A stretch of 64,000 nucleotides of DNA from Thermodesulfobacteriota bacterium (GTDB taxonomy: Bacteria; Desulfobacterota; Desulfarculia; JACQYL01). The DNA lies in contig CAXXLZ010000002.1 in NCBI GenBank assembly GCA_963675595.2, forward strand, positions 4,032,001 through 4,096,000. Direction: 5' to 3'. Positions 1 to 9,781 of this stretch are shown here, piece by piece. The stretch's first letter is position 1, and every line of letters begins with the position of its first letter. The position numbers were made by a program, and so were the translations under genes. The notes beneath the pieces were generated by a model. The model had not been told where the DNA came from. It was given only the letters and a program-made list of their open reading frames with translations, and made no database searches.

Positions 1-866
1 GGGAAGGCTTTCTTGAAGGAAAGCCTTCCGTATCCGATGCCCAGAAACGGCGATTTCAAGATTTGACCCACAGAGAAATCCAGCAGGATCAGGCGGGCAT
101 GTGTCGAGCTTTTCACTTGCCCGGGGTTGGGAGGCAGTTCATGCTTCCAGACCTGCTTGGGGATGGCGACGGCGAACAAGGCCAGCGCCAAGACGGCCAC
201 GATTAGTGCGTACTTCTTCTTCATCACGAGCAAGACGCAGAGCACGAGTTCAATGAAGAAGACAATCCAGACCCAGCGCGCGTGCGTGATATAGACCGAA
301 AAGCAGAGGATAATCAGGCTGATCCCGGCGAACACCATCGGCCGGCGTCCCTTCAGCCACTTGGGGAGCAGCAGGAACAGAGGGCCGACTTGGATGAGGA
401 AGGTGCCGTAGTATTGGAAATCACGGAAAAAAGATTTGGCGCGGTAGGGCATCACGCTCGTCAGGGAACCGTGGTTCCGTTGAAAATCATATAGCCCGTA
501 ACCCAGGGTGAGGACCGACGTTAAGAGGAGGAAGCTCACCAGGAGGGCGACATCCTTCTCATGCCGGAAACTCATTATGAGCAGATAGTACATCAGAGCG
601 TTGCGAAGGAGCTCACTCCGTATCTCCACCAAGGAATACGGTACGTCCATGGCGGTGAATAGAGAGAGGACGGCGGTCAGGAAGAAGAGCAGGAGGGGAA
701 CGCCCAATGGAGTCCGGACGAAAAAGAACCGCCTTTCACGTACGGCTTCGATGATGTACATGAGCAGCAGTCCGCAGATTCCCATATCCCGGACAAAGGT
801 CATATTGGCACCCAGACCCAGGACCAGGATGAGGCCGAACAGGACCCTCGGGACTCGAAAAGACAT
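1..866 (-). CDS. O-antigen ligase family membrane protein (3' end runs off window)
   Basis: Read manually (not in ORF track): ATG at 866, MSFRVPRVLFGLILVLGLG..., many hydrophobic segments, and 'RLILLDFSVGQILKSPFLGIGYG' typical of WaaL/Wzy_C; last gene of the LPS operon. Confidence 0.8.
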   Translation of the reverse strand, partial: MSFRVPRVLFGLILVLGLGANMTFVRDMGICGLLLMYIIEAVRERRFFFVRTPLGVPLLLFFLTAVLSLFTAMDVPYSLVEIRSELLRNALMYYLLIMSFRHEKDVALLVSFLLLTSVLTLGYGLYDFQRNHGSLTSVMPYRAKSFFRDFQYYGTFLIQVGPLFLLLPKWLKGRRPMVFAGISLIILCFSVYITHARWVWIVFFIELVLCVLLVMKKKYALIVAVLALALFAVAIPKQVWKHELPPNPGQVKSSTHARLILLDFSVGQILKSPFLGIGYGRLSFKKAF

Positions 867-958
867 GGAATGTTCAGGCAGACAGGATGTTGCTTGTGCC
901 GTCAAGAAAGTGCTCCCGGATACAATTCCTTCTCGTGCGTGGAATGGAGATCAAGAAA

Positions 959-1129
959 TCAGGGAAGAGGCTTGGCCTGATCGATGAGCATGACCGGGAT
1001 ATCATCCAGAATCTCATAGAGCAGCCTGCACCGATCGCAGATCAGACCGTCCTGATTTTCGGTGGGGCGCAGGTCGCCCTTGCATTTGGGGCAAACGAGG
1101 ATTTCAAGTAGTTCGGGTTTGAGAGACAA
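959..1129 (-). CDS. Trm112/YcaR family small protein (56 aa)
   Basis: Read manually: TTG start after AGGAGGAGG; MSLKPELLEILVCPKCKGDLRPTENQDGLICDRCRLLYEILDDIPVMLIDQAKPLP; LVCP..K and 'YxIxDxIPVML' are the family signature. Confidence 0.9.
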   Translation of the reverse strand: MSLKPELLEILVCPKCKGDLRPTENQDGLICDRCRLLYEILDDIPVMLIDQAKPLP

Positions 1130-2195
1130 TTCCTCCTCCTTTTCTGGAAGTGAGCGTCACCTTTTCCACGGCTTGAAGGACGGCTTCGACGGAAATCCGT
1201 TCCATGCAGGAGCGATGGCTGCAATTTCGTTTCAGACACGGGCTGCATTCGATGCCACACCGGACCACCTGATGACCCGGACCATAGGGGCCCGTACGGG
1301 CCGGATCCGTGGGTCCGAATAAGGCCACCACCGGAGTTCCCACTGCGGCGGCCACGTGCATGGGACCGGTGTCCGTACTGACCACCGCAGCGCACCGACG
1401 GTAAAGCGCCGCAAGCCCCTTCAACCCGGTTTTACCACAAAAATTCAACGCTTGACCGCGCATTCCGGACAATATGGAATCCACGTAGGCCCGATCATTT
1501 GGGCCTCCCGTGAATACCACGGGGAGTCCGAGCCGCTCGACGATTTGATCGGCGAGTTTGGAGAAACCGGCCACGTTCCATAATTTTGTCTCCCATAGAG
1601 CCACCGGGTTGATGGCGATGGGGCTCTCCATGGAGAATCCCCATTCCGCGACGGCACGATTCTCTTCAGGACCGCGAGGAATAACGAACTCCGGGTAATC
1701 GGGTTCCCTTCCCAAATAACGAATGAAATCGAGATATCGCTCCACCGCGTGGAGCTGAAAGTTTTCGGGGCCGATGGACTCGGTCAGGGAGAAACCCGTG
1801 TACTCCTTGGTGCCGCTCCAGCCGAGCTTTTTCCGACCTTTGACCCACCAAGTCCAGACCGCGCTTTTGTACAAACCTTGCAAGTCCAGGACCAGGTCGT
1901 ATTCTTCGCGGCGGAGGTCGGCCGCCAGGCGAAACGTTTCCCGTAAGGTGCGCGTTTCACCTCGTTTCAATTCGGATAGTAGCCTTTTTCTTCGCGAGAT
2001 CCAAACACGATCCAAGTAAGGATGCCCGATGAGAAGATCGGCGGCGGCTTCCTCCACCAGCCAGTCGATCTTGGCTTCGGGGGCGGCTTTGCGCAGTTGA
2101 TGAAGAACGGGAAGACAATGGACCACGTCCCCCAAAGCGCTCAGTTTCACTATCAAAATCCGATTCGGGGAGGGCTGCAGCAGGTTGCCGGGCAT
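1104..2195 (-). CDS. Lipopolysaccharide heptosyltransferase (GT9, WaaC-like)
   Basis: 'ILIVKLSALGDVVH', 'DLQGLYKSA', 'DTGPMHVAAAVGTPVVALFGPT'; start taken at the ATG overlapping the upstream stop. Confidence 0.88.
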   Translation of the reverse strand: MPGNLLQPSPNRILIVKLSALGDVVHCLPVLHQLRKAAPEAKIDWLVEEAAADLLIGHPYLDRVWISRRKRLLSELKRGETRTLRETFRLAADLRREEYDLVLDLQGLYKSAVWTWWVKGRKKLGWSGTKEYTGFSLTESIGPENFQLHAVERYLDFIRYLGREPDYPEFVIPRGPEENRAVAEWGFSMESPIAINPVALWETKLWNVAGFSKLADQIVERLGLPVVFTGGPNDRAYVDSILSGMRGQALNFCGKTGLKGLAALYRRCAAVVSTDTGPMHVAAAVGTPVVALFGPTDPARTGPYGPGHQVVRCGIECSPCLKRNCSHRSCMERISVEAVLQAVEKVTLTSRKGGGIVSQTRTT

Positions 2196-3244
2196 CAAAC
2201 GAGCTTTCCCGGCTTCCAAAGTTTTCCGGCTTCTTCCAGAACCATCCGGGGATCGATTCCCGTCATGCAACTATGATCCCTCGGGCACGTCTTCTTCATG
2301 CACGGCGCGCATGGAACGTGGAGGTTGATCACCCCGGCGCCGGCGTTAAGAGGCGACGTCACATCCTGCTTGGTAGGTCCGAATAGAGCAATCTGGGGTT
2401 TCTTCAGAGCCGCGGCGACATGCATCATACCGGCATCGTTGCTGATCACCAAGTTCGCGGCGTCGATCCAGGCGACCGCTTCGCTCAGGGAGCAGCGCCC
2501 GCTCATATCAAGTACCAAGTCGTCGGCCTCCTTCCGTATGGCGTCGCAGATTTCTTTTTCCGAGGCGCTCCCCAACAAAACGACTCCTGCGAGCCATTCT
2601 TCGCGTAAGGCTTTGACCAATCGGGCGTAATTTTCCACGGGCCACATTTTGGCGGAGCCGTATTTGGCTCCGGGGACCGTCACCACTATGGGTCGATCGT
2701 CGAAGATCTCCGTGCGCATCCGCGAGACTTCACTCTTGGCCGACGCTTCCACCTCGATGTGAAGTTCGGGGGAGGTGATGGGGAGGCCGAGCCTGCGGAG
2801 CAATGTGAGATAATAGTCGGTCTGGTGAATACGGCGATCTCGCGCGGTTCTCGTAACCGCATGGGTGAGCAGAGGACCGCGCAGGTCGGTTCGGTAGCCG
2901 GCCCGGATTGGGATGTCCGCCAGGAAGGCGATCAAGGCTGCTTCAAAGGCGTTCTGAAAGAGCACGGCAGCGTCGTATTCGTGAGCTTTCAGCTCCGCGG
3001 CCAGTCGCATTTTCCCCCGCAATCCCCCATGCCTGCCGTCGCGATCGTAGACGACAATTTGGTCGACGGCCGGATGCCGCGAGAAAATATCTCGAACCCA
3101 TGGGACCACCAATAAGTCGATGCGGGCTTCGGGAAAATCCCGCCGGAGGTCGGAAAGAGCGGGAGTGGTCATGACGGCGTCTCCCACCCAGTTGGCGCCG
3201 CGTACCAGAAGTCTTTCTATTTTGGAATGATCGAGCGTTTTCAA
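2195..3244 (-). CDS. waaF: Lipopolysaccharide heptosyltransferase II
   Basis: 'RGANWVGDAVM', 'PGAKYGSAKMWP', 'NDAGMMHVAAAL'; probable TTG start at 3244. Confidence 0.88.
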   Translation of the reverse strand: MKTLDHSKIERLLVRGANWVGDAVMTTPALSDLRRDFPEARIDLLVVPWVRDIFSRHPAVDQIVVYDRDGRHGGLRGKMRLAAELKAHEYDAAVLFQNAFEAALIAFLADIPIRAGYRTDLRGPLLTHAVTRTARDRRIHQTDYYLTLLRRLGLPITSPELHIEVEASAKSEVSRMRTEIFDDRPIVVTVPGAKYGSAKMWPVENYARLVKALREEWLAGVVLLGSASEKEICDAIRKEADDLVLDMSGRCSLSEAVAWIDAANLVISNDAGMMHVAAALKKPQIALFGPTKQDVTSPLNAGAGVINLHVPCAPCMKKTCPRDHSCMTGIDPRMVLEEAGKLWKPGKLV

Positions 3245-3291
3245 AAGAGTCTCGTGATGTTGGACTTGGAAGAACCGAAGACGGAGCCTTC

Positions 3292-4302
3292 TTACGGCGT
3301 CCCTTTGCGGAACCACGCTCGAAACCGCCGAGGGCCGCGAGGAGGGTCCTCTTGCCTCGGCCAGGGCGTCCAAGGCTTCTGCGACCATCGATTGTGGAAC
3401 CAAAGCCACTGATCGGGATGCTCTCGAATCATTTCTTCCAGGGTTCTGGTGAACAATGCCGTGTTATCCTCAATATCGCGGGTTCGGTCACCGGAACGTA
3501 CAAGTTCGAGCTCGGGGAGGAACGTGATCCGATGTTTGCCGGAAGGAAGCCGTACATCGTAAGCGGGAATCACGGCCACGCCCGGGGTCATGGCGAGGAA
3601 GCCCAAGGCCCGATTGGTACAGGCTCTTCTGCCGAAAAAGTCGACGAAAACCCCTTCTCGGTGCGAGGTGTTCTGATCCAGAAGAACGCCCACGGTTGCG
3701 CCGGCCTTTAACGCCTTCATGACGGGACGCATGGAACCGTCTTTGGGGAGTACTTTGTTTGCTCCCCGGGTCCGAACCTGTGTCATGAAGACATCCAAGG
3801 GCTTGAAATCCAGAGGCCTCGCTATGACGAAACCGGGAGCGATATCCAATGAAACCGCCAAAGCCAGCAGTTCCCAGTTCCCGATATGGCCGGTGAGCAT
3901 GAGCACCCCCCGGTTTTCTCTCCGAACCTTGAGGTAGTTCTCCAGTCCTTCCAGCTCATACAGGCTTCTGATTTCCGAAGGGGTCATACGGAAGATCCGG
4001 CAAATTTCAAGAATCGTGCGGCCGGAGCATTCGAAGGAACCACGTGCGATTCGAGCGGGAAATTCCGGATCGGTGATTTCCGGAAAGGACGCAGCGACAT
4101 TGCGTTCCGCGAGCCTTCTCCGAGATGGAATGAGGGTCATCCATAACCGCCCGAGCCCCTTTCCAACCTCCAAGGCCGTATGAACGGGGAGCTTTCCCAG
4201 TTCATTCAACAGGCGAATGACGATCTTTCCCAAGACATCGGTACCGGCGTTCGGAGCATCGTGGTTCGGTACGGCTTTTTGATTCACGAGGTTCTTTTCC
4301 AT
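3292..4302 (-). CDS. lpxL: Lipid A secondary (lauroyl/myristoyl) acyltransferase
   Basis: 'GHIGNWE', 'LLDQN', 'VDFFG', 'PDQWLWFHNRW' motifs; located in the lipid A operon. Confidence 0.85.
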   Translation of the reverse strand: MEKNLVNQKAVPNHDAPNAGTDVLGKIVIRLLNELGKLPVHTALEVGKGLGRLWMTLIPSRRRLAERNVAASFPEITDPEFPARIARGSFECSGRTILEICRIFRMTPSEIRSLYELEGLENYLKVRRENRGVLMLTGHIGNWELLALAVSLDIAPGFVIARPLDFKPLDVFMTQVRTRGANKVLPKDGSMRPVMKALKAGATVGVLLDQNTSHREGVFVDFFGRRACTNRALGFLAMTPGVAVIPAYDVRLPSGKHRITFLPELELVRSGDRTRDIEDNTALFTRTLEEMIREHPDQWLWFHNRWSQKPWTPWPRQEDPPRGPRRFRAWFRKGTP

Positions 4303-5363
4303 ATATGGGACCAGGAGTTCCAGAAATCGGCTTCATCATCGACGAATTTTAATTCAATACACAGGGCCACGGGGTCGAATTCACGATTCACCAGCCGATT
4401 CAGCTTGATCAGATCCTTCTCCGTGGTCACCATGCAATCGGCCCCGGCTCGGGACGCCATGGACGTGAGTTGCTCCCTGTCCCGACGGGTGTAGGCGTGG
4501 TGATCCCCGAACCCCTTGAATCCCACCAAAGTGACCCCCAAGGTCCGGAGGCTTTCGACAAATTGCCTGTTCCCCGCCAGCCCGGAGAAGGCGAATACCC
4601 GTAAATTACGGAGTCGGGATATGGGCGGTCCGCCGGAGGAACTCTTGATGGAAACCGGCTCGTGAACCGTGCGGAAAACGGATTTGCCCATTTCTTGGGT
4701 CAGAACCTCATAATTGGCGCGACTTTCGGGGCAATCCGTCCATCGCGTCAGGACGATCATCCCGGCCCTGCGCAAGGCCCGAATCGGCTCTCTCAGCGGA
4801 CCGCGAGGCAACAGGCGCTCTCTTAACACATTCCTGCGGGCGTCCAAAAGCACAATATCCAAGTTTCTCGCCAGGCGATAGTGCTGAAATCCGTCGTCCA
4901 GCAGGAAAATATCCGGTGAAAATCGTTTCCAAGCCGCCCGCCCGGCCGCGGCACGGTCCGCCGAAACCATGACGGGCACTCCCGTCTTTTGGGCGAGGAT
5001 CGCAGGTTCGTCTCCCACGGACGCCGGATCGCCAATGAATCCTTCACCGTCCGAAGCCGACAATATCTTCTGTTTCCCCTGTCGACCATATCCGCGACTG
5101 AGCAGCACGGGGCGAAGTCCTCTCTGTTTGAGCCCGCAAGCCAGGAAAGCGGCGAAGGGAGTCTTGCCCGTACCCCCGACCGCAAGGTTCCCCACGCTCA
5201 CCACCGGGGCGGGGAGAGTTTCAGTCCTCCTGATCATCCATTTAAAGGAGAGGCGGTTCAGTTGGGAACCCAGCAAATAGAGTCCGGAAGCCGGAGCCAG
5301 GAGCACTTCCAGCAGTCGAGCCGAGCCGGTGCGACCTGTGGCGCATATCCACTCGGAAATCAA
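4284..5363 (-). CDS. lpxK: Tetraacyldisaccharide 4'-kinase
   Basis: 'VGNLAVGGTGKTP', 'LSRGYG', 'GDEP', 'LDDGFQH', 'TTEKD'. Confidence 0.95.
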   Translation of the reverse strand: MISEWICATGRTGSARLLEVLLAPASGLYLLGSQLNRLSFKWMIRRTETLPAPVVSVGNLAVGGTGKTPFAAFLACGLKQRGLRPVLLSRGYGRQGKQKILSASDGEGFIGDPASVGDEPAILAQKTGVPVMVSADRAAAGRAAWKRFSPDIFLLDDGFQHYRLARNLDIVLLDARRNVLRERLLPRGPLREPIRALRRAGMIVLTRWTDCPESRANYEVLTQEMGKSVFRTVHEPVSIKSSSGGPPISRLRNLRVFAFSGLAGNRQFVESLRTLGVTLVGFKGFGDHHAYTRRDREQLTSMASRAGADCMVTTEKDLIKLNRLVNREFDPVALCIELKFVDDEADFWNSWSHIWKRTS

Positions 5364-6643
5364 AGGAATCTCCTGATTCCGTCGATGGTTTGGGCTACGG
5401 CGCCGCGATTCGCAAGGACGAACTCCCGGCCGCGATCGCCGTATTCCGCAGCGGTCTTTCCGTCTCGCAGAAAGCCCTCAACGCCCTTTAAGAGTTCCTC
5501 CGCGTTCGCGACGCGTATGCCGGCCTTGTTTCTTTCAAGGGCCGAGGCCATATCACGAAAGTCTTCTGTATGCGGACCGAACAGCACGGGCACTCCGTGA
5601 ACCGCGGGTTCCAGAAGGTTGTGACCTCCCCGGGGCACCAAGCTTCCTCCCACGAACGCCACATCTGCGAGACCATAGACGGCGGACAGCTCTCCGAAGG
5701 TGTCCAGAATGATGACCTCGGCTCCCGGTGATGGGCTTTCGCTTCTTCGGCTCACGGAGAAGCCCTCTTGGACGGCCTGCCGATGAACCGCATCGAACCT
5801 TTCTCGGTCTCTAGGCGCAAGGACGAGAAGGAGGTCGGGGAACGCTTGGCTAAGTGATCGGAACGTTTGGAAAACGAGTTCTTCTTCGCCTGGGTGGGTG
5901 CTGCCTGCGACCCAGACCCTTCGCTCCGAAACCTCGAATCCCAGACTCCGACTCAACTCGATCCGTTCCAGGTCCGAAAGTTCGGATACTTCGACGTCGA
6001 ATTTCAGGTTACCGGTGATGGTGATGCGTTCTTCATCGGCTCCCAACGTGGTGAGTCGCCGCGCATCCGAAAGAGTCTGCGGAGCCAGGATCCGGAACTC
6101 GTTGAGAACGCGTCGAATAAGGGGCTTCGCTCGTCGGTAACCGGCCAAGGTGCCGTCGGAAATTCTGACGTTCACAAAAGCGGCGGGGATACCCGAGTTG
6201 CTTAACGTGTGGATCAGGTTGGGCCAAAGGTCGGTTTCCACCAGGACGAACAGACGCGGATTCACTCGACGCACCGTGTGTCTTACGACGAAGCCCAAAT
6301 CCAAGGGCATGAAGAAGCAAGCCGACACCCGACTCGAAAGCCGGAGTAACGCCGTGTCCTGTCCCGTCTCCGTAGCCGTGGACAAGAAAACCGGAACCTC
6401 GGGAAACTCTGAACGAAGCCCATTCACCAGAGGCACGGCGGAAAGAACTTCGCCCACGCTCAGGGCGTGCACCCAAATGGGACGGGCTTCCGAAAGGCTT
6501 TCCCTCAGGGTGTAGGGCGCTATTCCGAGTCTGGCGGGAAAAGACCGTCGGTATTTCTTCCGCAGGAGCATTCGGGTCAGAAAGAGAGGAGCCGCCGCGG
6601 GCAAGAGCAATGAGAAAAGAGTGACATAAAGATACAGCAGCAT
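5360..6643 (-). CDS. waaA: Kdo transferase
   Basis: 'IWVHALSVGE', 'ETDLWPN', 'GNLKFD', 'AGSTHPGEE', 'GGHNLLEPA'; start moved to ATG 6643. Confidence 0.93.
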   Translation of the reverse strand: MLLYLYVTLFSLLLPAAAPLFLTRMLLRKKYRRSFPARLGIAPYTLRESLSEARPIWVHALSVGEVLSAVPLVNGLRSEFPEVPVFLSTATETGQDTALLRLSSRVSACFFMPLDLGFVVRHTVRRVNPRLFVLVETDLWPNLIHTLSNSGIPAAFVNVRISDGTLAGYRRAKPLIRRVLNEFRILAPQTLSDARRLTTLGADEERITITGNLKFDVEVSELSDLERIELSRSLGFEVSERRVWVAGSTHPGEEELVFQTFRSLSQAFPDLLLVLAPRDRERFDAVHRQAVQEGFSVSRRSESPSPGAEVIILDTFGELSAVYGLADVAFVGGSLVPRGGHNLLEPAVHGVPVLFGPHTEDFRDMASALERNKAGIRVANAEELLKGVEGFLRDGKTAAEYGDRGREFVLANRGAVAQTIDGIRRFL

Positions 6644-6747
6644 GACGGACACTCGCCGGCAAACGGTGGTCTTGCGGATTCGGATTCTGTGACGCGGGCC
6701 GCCGGAGCCGGTCCCCGAAGAAGGGAGGCTCGGTCGTTTACGCATAT

Positions 6748-8535
6748 TTAAGCGTTGTGCTGCGGCCGGACCTGCATCTCCGCCCAATGACTTTCCTGTT
6801 CCCGATCGGGAACGGGTTTTTCCTGGAATTGCAGTTGATGGAGTCGAAAATATTCCCCGTGAAGATCAAGCAGCTCCTTGTGCCGTCCCTGCTCCACAAT
6901 ACGTCCTTGGGAAAGAACGATGATTCGGTCCGCGTTGCGTACGGTGGACAGACGATGGGCGATCACAAAGGTCGTACGGCTCTTCATGAGGTTCTCTATG
7001 GCTTTTTGAACCTCCAGTTCACTCTCCGAGTCCAGGGAGGAGGTGGCTTCATCCAGGATTAAGATGGGAGCGTCCTTCAGCAGGGCTCTGGCGATGGAGA
7101 GCCTTTGCCGCTCCCCTCCGGAGAGACGGACGCCCTGGTCCCCTATCAGGGTATCGAATCCCTGGGGAAGCTCCTCGATGAACTTCAAGGCGTGAGCCTG
7201 TCGAGCCGCCTGAACGACCTCGTCCCGGCTCCTGTCCGGGCTTCCGTAGATGATGTTGTTGAAAACCGTATCGTTGAACAGAATGGTCTGCTGGCTCACG
7301 ATGCCGATCCGGCTGCGCAGGGAGGCCAGTTCGGCATCACGGATATCCACTTCGTCGATCAGGATGCTTCCTCCGGTGACGTCGTAGAATCTGGGGATCA
7401 GATTGACCAGCGTGGTTTTTCCACCGCCGCTGGTACCCACAATGGCCAGAACTTCACCCGGCTTGACGTCGAGATTGATATCCTTGAGGACCTGAGTTTC
7501 ATCGTAAGCAAAGGACACGTCTTGAAATCGGATGGATCTTTTGAACGGCGGAAGGGTTACGGCATCCTCGCGCTCTTGGATCGTGGGCTGAGTGTCCAGC
7601 ACTTCGAACACCCGCGCAGCCGCCGCCAGTCCGGTCTGGATGGTGGCGTTCACTCCGTTCAGTTTGCGCACCGGATCGTAGAGGATCAGCAGTGCGGTGA
7701 TGAATGAGAAGAAAGTACCCGGAGTGGAATACCCTTTGATCACATTGTATCCTCCCCAACCCACCACAAAGGCGATGCCGACTCCGCCAAGGGTTTCCAT
7801 GAGAGGGGAAGAGATGGCCCGAACGCGGACCTCTCGGATTACATAACCGAAAAAACGACGATTATTCACGTTGAACCGATTGGTCTCGTATTCCTCTGTC
7901 GAAAATGCTTTGACCAAGCGTTGTCCGGAAATGGTTTCCTGAAGATGGGAAGTGATTTCACCCATGGTGATTTGGGCGTCGCGACTGATTCGTCGAATCA
8001 TGCGGCCGAACTTGTGCAACGGGTATATGGCTGCCGGGAAGACGGTCACCGCAATGATGGCCAGCTTCCAGTCGCGATAAAAAATCACGCCCACAAGAAA
8101 GATGATGGTGAAAACTTCCCTCAGAGAACCGGTAACCGCGTGAGATACAGCCCCCTGAATGAGATTCACGTCGTTGGTGATTCGGCTGATCAATACGCCG
8201 CTCTGGTTTCGATCGTAAAAACTCAAAGACAGGGACTGGAGATGCGCATACAGTCGCTCGCGAAGATCGGCGACGATTCTCTGACCCACGAAGTCCATTA
8301 GATAGGTGCTGCCGAAAGTGAAGGCTCCTTTAACGATGAACAGGAGCAGAATGGCCGGTGGGAGCAGTTTCAGCATGTCCATGCGCTTCTCGACGAAAAT
8401 CTCGTCCATTACGGGTTTGACGAGAAACGCCATGAGGGAAGTGAATATGGCCACGAAGATCATGCAGACCATAGCCCACATGAGGAGCATCCAGTGGGGT
8501 TTGACCAACAGCGTCAATCGGCGGAAGAGACTCAC
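6748..8535 (-). CDS. msbA: Lipid A export ABC transporter
   Basis: TMD plus NBD, Walker A 'GTSGGGKT', 'LSGGERQR', 'ILDEATS'; operon context. Confidence 0.92.
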   Translation of the reverse strand: MSLFRRLTLLVKPHWMLLMWAMVCMIFVAIFTSLMAFLVKPVMDEIFVEKRMDMLKLLPPAILLLFIVKGAFTFGSTYLMDFVGQRIVADLRERLYAHLQSLSLSFYDRNQSGVLISRITNDVNLIQGAVSHAVTGSLREVFTIIFLVGVIFYRDWKLAIIAVTVFPAAIYPLHKFGRMIRRISRDAQITMGEITSHLQETISGQRLVKAFSTEEYETNRFNVNNRRFFGYVIREVRVRAISSPLMETLGGVGIAFVVGWGGYNVIKGYSTPGTFFSFITALLILYDPVRKLNGVNATIQTGLAAAARVFEVLDTQPTIQEREDAVTLPPFKRSIRFQDVSFAYDETQVLKDINLDVKPGEVLAIVGTSGGGKTTLVNLIPRFYDVTGGSILIDEVDIRDAELASLRSRIGIVSQQTILFNDTVFNNIIYGSPDRSRDEVVQAARQAHALKFIEELPQGFDTLIGDQGVRLSGGERQRLSIARALLKDAPILILDEATSSLDSESELEVQKAIENLMKSRTTFVIAHRLSTVRNADRIIVLSQGRIVEQGRHKELLDLHGEYFRLHQLQFQEKPVPDREQESHWAEMQVRPQHNA

Positions 8536-8647
8536 GACATCACCTCCTCGGACGGGAGATCCGAACGCCGGATGGAAGCGACCGGCTTTTGGGTTCGACA
8601 GGCGGAAACAGGGGTTCTCGGGGAGGCGCCTTTTCGTGGATGTGCCG

Positions 8648-9781
8648 TCAGCATGGAAGTTCCAGGATCTTCTCCGCCGCGCGGCGAGACGCTCCGGGCT
8701 TTCCCATTTTGGATCGGATCTCCTGAAAATCGTTTAACATCTTCTTGCGTGCGGGTGCGTCCGTCATGAGTCGGACCAGTTCCGAGGCCATGCGGTGGGG
8801 CACGGCGTCGTGCTGAAGAAGTTCTTTGGCGATTTCCCTTCCGGCAATCAAATTGATGATTCCGAGAAACGGCAGCTTGAAGAGCGCTTTTCCCAGGACA
8901 TAGCTGATGGGTGAAAGACGGTACACGATACAGAGGGGCACGTTTAACATGGCCGTTTCCAAGGTGGCGGAGCCGGACGCCACCAAGGCGGCGTCGAGGC
9001 ATTGCATGGCCGCCTGAAAGCGGTTTGTCTCCATGTGCACCGGAAGACTCAGCCCCTGCAAATAGGGTCGGAAATCAGACTCGTCAAGGGTTCTCGCCAC
9101 GGGGAGAATGAACTCCACATCGCTCAACCGTTTGCGAACCCGTGCCGCGGCTTCCAGCATGGAAGGGAACATGAGCTTCACCTCGCTCATGCGGCTTCCG
9201 GGCAGGAGTCCGATGTACCGCTTGTCCGGGGACAACCCCAGTCGATCCAGGGCTTCGTTGCGGGTTAACCACTCCACCGGATCATCCATCAGAGGATGGC
9301 CCACGAACTCCGCGTTGATTCCGTATTCGGCGTAGAAGTCCTTTTCAAAAGGAAAGATCACGATCATCTTGTCCACCCATCGGGCGACCTGACGGACCCG
9401 GCCTCTACGCCATGCCCAAATCTGGGGACTGATGTAATATACCACGGGAATACCAAGATGGTGGGCGATTTGGGCGACCCTGAAGTTGAAATCCGGAAAA
9501 TCGATGAGTATTACCAAGTCGGGACGGCGGGTCTTGAATTCCCTGCGGATGCGGAGGAGGGTTCGCAGGACGAGGCCCAGTTTGTCGAGGACTTCCAAAC
9601 CCCCAATCACGGAGAGTGCTCGGCTGTCGAGGAAGGGTTCCACCCCCTGATCTCGCAGCGCGGGACCGCAAATACCGGAAATCTTGGTTCCAGGGGCGAG
9701 GCGGTTGATTTCCTCCACCAGCCTGGCCCCATGTTTGTCTCCTGAGGCTTCACCCGCCACGATGAAAAAACGCCTGCTCAA
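8648..9781 (-). CDS. lpxB: Lipid-A-disaccharide synthase
   Basis: 'AGEASGD', 'IDFPDFN', 'YYISPQIWAWR', 'LLPGSR', 'SGSATLE'; probable TTG start at 9781. Confidence 0.95.
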   Translation of the reverse strand: MSRRFFIVAGEASGDKHGARLVEEINRLAPGTKISGICGPALRDQGVEPFLDSRALSVIGGLEVLDKLGLVLRTLLRIRREFKTRRPDLVILIDFPDFNFRVAQIAHHLGIPVVYYISPQIWAWRRGRVRQVARWVDKMIVIFPFEKDFYAEYGINAEFVGHPLMDDPVEWLTRNEALDRLGLSPDKRYIGLLPGSRMSEVKLMFPSMLEAAARVRKRLSDVEFILPVARTLDESDFRPYLQGLSLPVHMETNRFQAAMQCLDAALVASGSATLETAMLNVPLCIVYRLSPISYVLGKALFKLPFLGIINLIAGREIAKELLQHDAVPHRMASELVRLMTDAPARKKMLNDFQEIRSKMGKPGASRRAAEKILELPC

